Assembly (NCBI GenBank): GCA_035250485.1
Contig: DATFFB010000016.1
Span: 1 to 52,250 of the forward strand
Direction of reading: 5' to 3'
Origin: Acidimicrobiia bacterium
Lineage (GTDB): Bacteria; Actinomycetota; Acidimicrobiia; Spongiisociales; ZC4RG35
DNA: 52,250 bases
The translations under genes were made by a program, and so were the position numbers. Positions 45,689 through 52,250 of this stretch are shown here, piece after piece; position 1 is the stretch's first letter; every line of letters begins with the position of its first letter. The notes beneath the pieces were generated by a model, which was not told the origin of the DNA, ran no database searches, and saw only the letters and a program-made list of their open reading frames with translations.

Positions 45689-47338
45689 TTATGCGTCCTC
45701 GCTGAGTATGTCGTCTGAAATCTTCTGAAATAGAGGGGCGATTTCACCAAGTTCTCGGCCCGGGGTCAGTTTGGGACGAGACCATTCGGCAACGGGGCCG
45801 GTGCCGAGCATCTCGGAGACTCGCGGGGAGGTGAAGGGAAGATAGGGGCTAAAGGCGACTCCCAGACCTGAGATCGCCGCGCAAGCGGTGTAGAGCACGG
45901 TTGCGGCACGGTCCCGGTCAGTGCTGACGAGTTTCCAGGGCTCGGTCGAATTGAGATAGACGTTGACGGCGGAGGCGGCTTCCATTGCCGCGCGCAAGCC
46001 TCCTCGCAGTTCCACTTCGGAGATCAGCCGCCCGACCGTCGTCAACGTTGTGTCGACAATGGCGATGACTTCCTCGTCGACTTGATTTAGCGATCCCGGT
46101 TCGGGTACCTGGTGATCGAAGTTGCGGCTCGTGAGCGTGAGGACCCGGTTGACCAGATTCCCCCAGGTGGCGACGAGCTCCTCGTTGATGCGGCGGATGA
46201 TCTCGTCATCGGTGAGATCGGTGTCGTTTTGCTCGGGGAGGATCGAGGCGATGGCAAAGCGCAGGGCGTCGGGCTCGAGCCGCTCGGAATACCACCCGAT
46301 CGAGCGTCCCACTCCCAACGATTTTGAAGCCTTGCTGCCCTTGAAGGTGACGTACTGATTGGCGGGTACATCGGTTGGGAGGTTGTGCTCCCCATAGCCC
46401 ATCAGCATCGCCGGCCAGATCACGGCGTGGAAGGGGATGTTGTCCTTGCCGACGAAGTAATACGACCTGGCGTCCGGGTTCTGCCACCAATCCCGCCATG
46501 CTTCCGGAGTGCCCTGTATCGCCGCCCATTCCTTGGCCGCCGAGAGGTAGCCGATGACAGCCTCGAACCAGACATAGATCCGCTTGCCCTCTCCCAAAGT
46601 GTCGGCCTCGGGAGGGATCGGCACCCCCCAGGCGAGATCCCGGGTGATGGCGCGGTCGGGAAGTCCTTCCTCGATCATCCCCAGGGCCCAATTCTTGACA
46701 TGGCGGCGCCAGCCGGTCTTGGACTCGAGCCAGGCCTTGACTTCTTCAGCGAAAGCCCCCAGCCGGAGGAACCAGTGTTTGGTCGATCGCTGGACAGGGG
46801 TCGCACCGGAAAGGCGGCTGCGGGGGTTGAGCAGATCGGTCGGGTCGAGGGTGCGGCCGCAATTATCGCATTGGTCGCCCCGCGCTCGGGGATAGCCGCA
46901 GTGCGGGCAGGTGCCTTCGACGTAGCGGTCGGGGAGAAACCGCCCCGCCTCGGGGTCGTAGAACTGGAGGCTCTCGCCTTCGACGATGGTGCCTTTCGCC
47001 CGGTGGGCGCGGAATATGTCCCAAGTCACCTGGCGATGGTTTTCGGTCAGGGTGGTGGTGAAGAGGTCGAATGAGATGCCAACCGAGTCCCAGTAACCCA
47101 GGATCTCGGGGTGGTAGCGATCCACGATTTCTTGAGGCGAGATTCCTTCCTGGTCGGCCCGGACCGTGATCGGAGTTCCGTGACCGTCAGAGCCCGAGAC
47201 CATCAGCACCTTGTTGCCCGCCAGGCGGTGGTAGCGGGCGAAAATATCGGCCGGGAGGTAGGCGCCGGCGAGATGGCCGAGGTGGAGCGACCCCGAGGCA
47301 TAAGGCCAGGCGACGGCGACGAGGATGTTCTGGCTCAC
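45689..47338 (-). CDS. metG: Methionine--tRNA ligase
   Basis: HIGH-type HLGH, Zn knuckle CPHCG...CDNCG, KMSKS-type KASKS. 549 aa with no C-terminal tRNA-binding extension. Confidence 0.96.
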   Translation of the reverse strand: MSQNILVAVAWPYASGSLHLGHLAGAYLPADIFARYHRLAGNKVLMVSGSDGHGTPITVRADQEGISPQEIVDRYHPEILGYWDSVGISFDLFTTTLTENHRQVTWDIFRAHRAKGTIVEGESLQFYDPEAGRFLPDRYVEGTCPHCGYPRARGDQCDNCGRTLDPTDLLNPRSRLSGATPVQRSTKHWFLRLGAFAEEVKAWLESKTGWRRHVKNWALGMIEEGLPDRAITRDLAWGVPIPPEADTLGEGKRIYVWFEAVIGYLSAAKEWAAIQGTPEAWRDWWQNPDARSYYFVGKDNIPFHAVIWPAMLMGYGEHNLPTDVPANQYVTFKGSKASKSLGVGRSIGWYSERLEPDALRFAIASILPEQNDTDLTDDEIIRRINEELVATWGNLVNRVLTLTSRNFDHQVPEPGSLNQVDEEVIAIVDTTLTTVGRLISEVELRGGLRAAMEAASAVNVYLNSTEPWKLVSTDRDRAATVLYTACAAISGLGVAFSPYLPFTSPRVSEMLGTGPVAEWSRPKLTPGRELGEIAPLFQKISDDILSEDA

Positions 47339-47374
47339 GAAGCCGGGAGGCTACCGGTCTGTCGGGTTTCGCTT

Positions 47375-48031
47375 TTAGGTGGCCTGGTGGTCAGGAGGCT
47401 GTCGCTCTACGAGCGTCGTTCGCCAGACGCTCGAACGATGATCGGCGATCGGGCGGAAGCCGGCGTTGTCAAGCAGGGTCATCATCTCCGGAGCCGGATG
47501 GATGAAAGCTCGAAACCGCCGTCCCCGCACCCGATGGAAGAGGTTCTCGATCCACAAGATGGGTCGCAGCCATGGCCGCGGAAAGCTGAATACGAGATGG
47601 GTCGCGGCTCGCGAGCAGGCGTGAGTGAGAAGCGCTCGCCAGTCGGGATAGCAGCAGACCACCCGGTTCAAGATCACCAGGTCGGACCTCGGGAGCGTGG
47701 GTGCAAGCTGGACGAAATCTCCGCATACGCGGGTGACCCGATCTTGCAAGCCCCGCTCGTCGAGCAGCGCCGCGGCTTCCCTCTCCCAGTTGGTGGCCAG
47801 GTCGACGTTGGTGGCGAAGTCCGCCAATCCTCGTTCGAGCAGCGCTACCTGGATCTCACCCAGGCCGCCGCCGATCTCGAGCACGGAACCTCTTACCCCC
47901 ATCTTCGTGAGCTGGGCGACGATGGTGCGGCTGGTCCCGGTCAGCCCACGGCGACGAAAGCGGGCTGCGGTTGCTCGGGCGGCACGCTCCGAGAAAACCT
48001 CCTCGTAATCGCTAGGACACCGGCATTCCAT
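47375..48031 (-). CDS. Class I SAM-dependent methyltransferase
   Basis: VLEIGGGLGEIQVAL motif I. N-terminal MECRCP. Start taken at ATG 48031, a 20-nt overlap with the upstream DMT gene (alternative TTG 48067). Confidence 0.75.
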   Translation of the reverse strand: MECRCPSDYEEVFSERAARATAARFRRRGLTGTSRTIVAQLTKMGVRGSVLEIGGGLGEIQVALLERGLADFATNVDLATNWEREAAALLDERGLQDRVTRVCGDFVQLAPTLPRSDLVILNRVVCCYPDWRALLTHACSRAATHLVFSFPRPWLRPILWIENLFHRVRGRRFRAFIHPAPEMMTLLDNAGFRPIADHRSSVWRTTLVERQPPDHQAT

Positions 48032-48890
48032 CTTCTTGGTCCTCTCGGACTTCGGTCCTGAATCCAACCAGAACTACGCCGCCCAGGACCAGGAAACTCC
48101 CCAGGATTAGTCGCCAGCCCACTGGCTCGTCGAAGGCCAGCACCCCGATCAGCACGCCAACTAGTGGAATGATGTAGGCAAACAGGGAGGCTTGGCTGGC
48201 CGGAGCGAGCTCGTTCGCGCCGAGGATTGCCAGGAAAGCGATTGCCAGCGTGATCGCCAGAGCAAGAATCCATCCCCATTGGGCGACGGTGGGGGTCTGC
48301 CAGGTTCTCGTGGCGGCAATGATGGTGATTCCCAGGAGCCCGGCTCCGGTCATCATCGGCGCCAGGGTGGTGGACGGTCGGTAAGACATCGCCAGACGCT
48401 TGACAAATGGACCGCTCAGCCCCGAAAGGACTGCTCCCGTCATCGTGAGGGCAATGCCCGCCAGCGAGCCTGCGGCGGCCGGGGTTCCAGCCAACAGGAA
48501 AACACCACCGATGCTGAGGAGGAGGCCGAGGCCTTTGAGGATGGTGAAGCGATCTGCAGCCCCGAGGTAATGAGCGGCGACGGCGGTGAAGATCGGTCCC
48601 GAGGAGATGAGCACGGTCGTGATCGAGACCGGTAGTCGTTGGAACCCGAGGTTGAAAAAGATGGCGGGCCCTGAGCCGCTCACCATCCCGATCAACAGCG
48701 CCCACCACCAGCCCTTCGCCGGGAGCCCGCCAAAGCGTTTGTGCAACGTCAGGGATGCCGCCGCGGCGAGGGCGAAGATCACGCCGGTGAGAAACACCGG
48801 ATCGAGGCCCTGGCCGATCAAGAACTTGGTGCCGGGTCCCCCGAGGCCAAAGATGACTCCGGCGGCGACGATGTAGGACCAGGCCTTCAC
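48012..48890 (-). CDS. DMT superfamily (EamA-like) transporter
   Basis: 292 aa, about ten hydrophobic helices in two repeats. GTG start. Confidence 0.85.
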   Translation of the reverse strand: MKAWSYIVAAGVIFGLGGPGTKFLIGQGLDPVFLTGVIFALAAAASLTLHKRFGGLPAKGWWWALLIGMVSGSGPAIFFNLGFQRLPVSITTVLISSGPIFTAVAAHYLGAADRFTILKGLGLLLSIGGVFLLAGTPAAAGSLAGIALTMTGAVLSGLSGPFVKRLAMSYRPSTTLAPMMTGAGLLGITIIAATRTWQTPTVAQWGWILALAITLAIAFLAILGANELAPASQASLFAYIIPLVGVLIGVLAFDEPVGWRLILGSFLVLGGVVLVGFRTEVREDQEDGMPVS

Positions 48891-48901
48891 AAAGCGACTC
48901 T

Positions 48902-50830
48902 ATGGTCGGGGGGATGGGGAGCACGCCCGCCGTTCTCTGGCAACCTCCCGATGACGCCTGGGAGAGGAGCCGCATCGGACAGTTTCTGCGCGGTGTCGAG
49001 CGACGGCGCGAGATCTCGTTTGCCGACTACGAAGAAGCATGGCGGTGGTCGATCGAGCACCTTCCCGAGCTCTGGTCCGAGGTGGTCGATTTCTTCTCCA
49101 TCGGGCTGAGCGGAGGAGCCGCCGTGCTCGACGATGAGTCGATGCCGGGCGCCCAGTGGTTCGCCGGAGCGCGACTCAACTACGTCGACCAGGCCCTGGG
49201 CTGGCCGGATTCAGAGTCGGTCGCTTTTATCGCTCGCTCCCAGACTCGGGAGGCCGACCTGGTGTTGACCGCCGGGGAACTGCGCTCGCAGGTGGCGGCG
49301 GCCGCGGCCGGGCTCCGCGCCCTCGGGGTCGACAAGGGGGATCGGGTGGTCGCTTACCTCCCCAATATCGGCGAGGCCCTGGTGGCCTTTCTGGCCAGCG
49401 CCTCGCTCGGGGCCATCTGGTCGTCATGTCCCCCAGAATTCGGAATCAGGAGCGTGGTCGATCGCTTTCGCCAGATCGAGCCCAAGGTCTTGTTGGCCGT
49501 CGACGGGTACCGCCACCGAGGCCGGCCCGTCGACCGCCGTTCGCAAGTAGACGAAATCGTGTCGGCGCTGCCCAGCCTCGAGCACGTGATCAAGGTGGGA
49601 TACCTGGAAGAGGGGGGCGATTGGCCATCGCTGATCGCGGGGACGACCGACCTGGAGGTGCTTCCGGTCGAGTTCGACCACCCCCTCTACGTCCTCTATT
49701 CATCGGGCACCACCGGACTTCCCAAGCCCATCGTTCACGGTCACGGTGGGATCACTCTCGAACATTGCAAAGCGCTCGGTCTCCAGCACGGTCTCGGTCC
49801 CGGGGACCGATTCGCCTGGTACTCGACCACCGGGTGGATGATGTGGAACCTCAACATCTCCGGGCTCTTGGTGGGCGCAACGGTCGTGGTCCTCGACGGC
49901 GATCCCTCCTATCCGGACCTCGGCACCCTCTGGAACATGGTCGATGACTTCGGGATCACCACCTTGGGGGCAAGTGCCGGTTACGTCTTGTCATGTCTGC
50001 GAGCCGGCTATTCGCCTCGCCAAAACCATGACCTCGGGACTCTGCAATGCTTCGGCTCCACCGGTTCACCGCTCCCGCCGGAGGGTTTTCGCTGGATCAG
50101 AGACGAGGTCAGTCCCCGGGTGAAGGTCGTCTCGACCTCGGGCGGCACCGATGTCTGTACCGCCTTTGTCGGTGGTAGTGCCCTGGTGCCGGTGTGGGAG
50201 GGTGAGATCAGCTGTCGCTACCTGGGGATGGCGGTCGAGGCCTTTGACGAGGAAGGCAGATCCGTGGTGGGAGAGACCGGAGAACTGGTGATCACCAAAC
50301 CGATGCCATCGATGCCCGTGGGATTTTGGAACGACGACGATGGCTCCGCCTACCGGGAGGCCTATTTCGATACCTATCCCGGGGTCTGGCGTCACGGTGA
50401 CTGGATCGAGATCACCGAACGGGGAAGTTGCATAATCACCGGCCGCTCCGACGCCACGCTCAATCGAGGCGGCGTCCGCATGGGGACCTCTGAGTTCTAT
50501 TCGGTGGTGGAGGCCATCCCCGGGGTCATCGACAGCCTCGTCGTTCACCTCGACGACGGCTCAGCTGCCGGCTCGCTGGTACTGCTGGTGGTGGCCGAGG
50601 AGCGCCCAGAGCAGCTCGGCACCCTCATCAAGAAGACTCTGCGGGAGCAGTTGTCGCCACGCCATGTACCCGACCGGATTCATTTCGTTACATCGATCCC
50701 CCGCACCGTATCGGGGAAGAAAATGGAATTGCCGGTGAAGAGGATCCTGCAGGGACAGCCCGTCGACCAGGTTGCCAATCCGGGAGCCATGGCCAACCCC
50801 GAAAGCCTGTCGGAGCTTCGCTCTCTTTAG
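48902..50830 (+). CDS. Acetoacetate--CoA ligase (acetoacetyl-CoA synthetase)
   Basis: LWQP...S....F N-terminus typical of AACS, AMP-binding motif YSSGTTGLPKPIVH. 642 aa. Confidence 0.9.
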   Translation: MVGGMGSTPAVLWQPPDDAWERSRIGQFLRGVERRREISFADYEEAWRWSIEHLPELWSEVVDFFSIGLSGGAAVLDDESMPGAQWFAGARLNYVDQALGWPDSESVAFIARSQTREADLVLTAGELRSQVAAAAAGLRALGVDKGDRVVAYLPNIGEALVAFLASASLGAIWSSCPPEFGIRSVVDRFRQIEPKVLLAVDGYRHRGRPVDRRSQVDEIVSALPSLEHVIKVGYLEEGGDWPSLIAGTTDLEVLPVEFDHPLYVLYSSGTTGLPKPIVHGHGGITLEHCKALGLQHGLGPGDRFAWYSTTGWMMWNLNISGLLVGATVVVLDGDPSYPDLGTLWNMVDDFGITTLGASAGYVLSCLRAGYSPRQNHDLGTLQCFGSTGSPLPPEGFRWIRDEVSPRVKVVSTSGGTDVCTAFVGGSALVPVWEGEISCRYLGMAVEAFDEEGRSVVGETGELVITKPMPSMPVGFWNDDDGSAYREAYFDTYPGVWRHGDWIEITERGSCIITGRSDATLNRGGVRMGTSEFYSVVEAIPGVIDSLVVHLDDGSAAGSLVLLVVAEERPEQLGTLIKKTLREQLSPRHVPDRIHFVTSIPRTVSGKKMELPVKRILQGQPVDQVANPGAMANPESLSELRSL

Positions 50831-50892
50831 GCGGGTTTCGCCGCCCTCCTGGCCGGGTATTGACGGGATATCCCAATTGGAAAGGAATGCTG

Positions 50893-51339
50893 ATGTCATC
50901 AGATATGACCGTCACCAAGGACCTGATCGAAACCCTCGAAGATGGAAAGAATGGCTTTGCGGCCGCGGCCGAGAAGCTGGCCGAATCCGATCGTCCCCAA
51001 ATCGCCTCCAAGTTCCGCGAGTATTCGAACCAGCGAGCGCAGTTTGCAGAGGAGCTCCGCTCAATGGCGAAAAGTTATGGGGACGACATCAGCGAGTCTG
51101 GCTCCGTAGGTGCCGCTCTCCATCGAGGCTGGATGGCCGTCAAGGACGCTGCCACCGGCTCTGACGCCGGAGCGGTTCTTGATGTGGCCGAGCAGGGCGA
51201 AGACCACGCCGTGGCCGAGTACGAGCGGGCATTGGATAGCGACGAGCTCTCGATCGATCTCCGCGAGGTCATCCAGCGGCAGTACGCCTCTGTGAAGGCA
51301 GCCCACGACGAGGTGCGAACGCTGCGCGACTCCAACTAG
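50893..51339 (+). CDS. PA2169/DUF2383 family four-helix-bundle (ferritin-like) protein
   Basis: LIETLEDGKNGFAAAAEKL...QRAQFAEEL...EDHAVAEYERAL pattern. ATG 50893 has the best spacing to the GGAAAGGA SD. Confidence 0.8.
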   Translation: MSSDMTVTKDLIETLEDGKNGFAAAAEKLAESDRPQIASKFREYSNQRAQFAEELRSMAKSYGDDISESGSVGAALHRGWMAVKDAATGSDAGAVLDVAEQGEDHAVAEYERALDSDELSIDLREVIQRQYASVKAAHDEVRTLRDSN

Positions 51340-51354
51340 AGGTTGCCATAGGTT

Positions 51355-51385
51355 CCGCCGGGATCGGGGGATCCCGGCGGTTTTT
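51355..51385 (+). terminator. Rho-independent terminator
   Basis: CCGCCGGGATC-gggg-GATCCCGGCGG, a perfect 11-bp stem followed by TTTTT, 16 nt after the stop of the PA2169-family gene. Confidence 0.8.
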
Positions 51386-52209
51386 CAACCCTTGACGGCC
51401 GAGGCCGCCGCTCCCTGTACGAAATATCGCTGAAAGACGAAAAACACGATGGCGATCGGGATGATGGTGATCAACGATCCCGCCACGATCGTGTTCCAGG
51501 GTTGAGCCTGTCCGAAGGCGGCGGTGAGCCCGGCCAGGCCGACGGGAAGAGTCGCCAGATCGGGTCGTCCGATACGGGCAATGAGGATGTGGAGAAACTC
51601 ATTCCACGCCCCTTGCGTGGAAAGGATGATGAGGGCAATCAAGCCGGGCGCTGCCAGGGGCAGCATGACCCGCGTAAAGGTCTGGAAAGTCGAAGCACCA
51701 TCCAAAGCCGCGGCCTCCTCCAATTCGCGAGGGAGCTGTTCAAAGAATTGCTTCATCAAGAAGATGGCGAAGGCATCGAAAGCGAGGGGAACGATCATCC
51801 CTGTATAGGTATTGATGATCCCGAGCTCCTTCATCACCATGAACCGCGGGATGGCGAGGACGATGCCCGGGATGGCCTGTACCGCCAGGATGAGTGCAAA
51901 GATCAGACCACGGCCTCGAAACCTCATTCGCGCCAACGCATAGCCGGCCAACGAGCCGAAAGTGATGCGCAGCAGAACCACGAAGACAGTGACCACCACG
52001 GAGTTGAAGGTCCAGCGGGGAAGATTTACCCGCGAGCTGTTGAGCGCCTCCACCCCTTCGGTTGTCCAGCCTCCGTAAGCCGGATCGGCCACCAGGCTGA
52101 CCGGATTGGCCTGGATGTCGGGTAGCGACTTGAAGGCCGTCGCCGCCGACAGCACAAACGGCATGATGAAGATCAGGGCGAAGAAAACGAGGGCGGTATA
52201 GCCCAGCAA
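51385..52209 (-). CDS. Carbohydrate ABC transporter permease (MalG/UgpE-like)
   Basis: EAA-type loop (LEEAAALDGAS..Q.F..V.LP) and six hydrophobic helices. The frame stays open to the window edge (52250), so the true start may lie upstream of the listed TTG. Confidence 0.88.
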   Translation of the reverse strand: MLGYTALVFFALIFIMPFVLSAATAFKSLPDIQANPVSLVADPAYGGWTTEGVEALNSSRVNLPRWTFNSVVVTVFVVLLRITFGSLAGYALARMRFRGRGLIFALILAVQAIPGIVLAIPRFMVMKELGIINTYTGMIVPLAFDAFAIFLMKQFFEQLPRELEEAAALDGASTFQTFTRVMLPLAAPGLIALIILSTQGAWNEFLHILIARIGRPDLATLPVGLAGLTAAFGQAQPWNTIVAGSLITIIPIAIVFFVFQRYFVQGAAASAVKG

Positions 52210-52250
52210 TCGCTTGAGTAGGGGGCCGGCTCCTCTCTCCCGTACACCCA

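Noticed and set aside
47941-48975. 344-aa minus-strand ORF overlapping the DMT transporter in another frame
   Set aside because: It is Arg/Pro-rich and non-hydrophobic. The alternative frame gives a clean ten-helix EamA-type protein.

Overview
High-GC, gene-dense chromosomal segment of actinobacterial type. Supporting markers are a WhiB1-like regulator, Ku plus an ATP-dependent ligase, KorAB, Ni-SOD with its SodX protease, and Rho with an Arg/Gly-rich insert. Assignment to Actinomycetota (possibly Acidimicrobiia) is inference only. About two thirds is conserved housekeeping: whiB; GDPD-yqeY-ligase convergent with ku; tRNA-Arg(CCG); ilvE; hom-thrC; rho-rpmE-DUF1385-prfA; an opposite-strand RDD gene; prmC-tsaC-glyA; a complete F1Fo ATP synthase operon (atpZ/I-B-E-F-H-A-G-D-C); hmgA-like; gnd-zwf; korAB; sodX/sodN; metG; acetoacetyl-CoA synthetase. 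A more accessory-looking stretch (about 21.6-32.2 kb) carries an alpha/beta hydrolase and a membrane HD-GYP protein with a Thr/Pro linker and a cadherin/Ig-like C-terminal domain. It also holds an SRPBCC protein and a tightly packed plus-strand gene string: DUF2087 HTH, O-methyltransferase, DinB, PIG-L deacetylase, methyltransferase, ABC-F. That string ends in two tandem copies of a 43-bp palindrome. CBS, Rho_N-like, AlkD-like and VOC genes follow. I saw no CRISPR array, transposase, integrase, rRNA or recognisable defence system, and I cannot point to a clear-cut novel system. The best leads, in order: (i) two copies of a perfect TTGTGAA-N4-TTCACAA palindrome placed just upstream of whiB and of the atp operon; (ii) the HD-GYP/cadherin-like architecture; (iii) a Ni-SOD whose Ni-hook reads HCDLMCGVY (Met in place of the conserved Pro); (iv) the DUF2087-to-ABC-F operon with its tandem palindromic terminator-like repeats. 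Many long ORFs in the six-frame track are antisense or off-frame artefacts of high GC. Several listed ORF starts are over-extended and were trimmed by hand.
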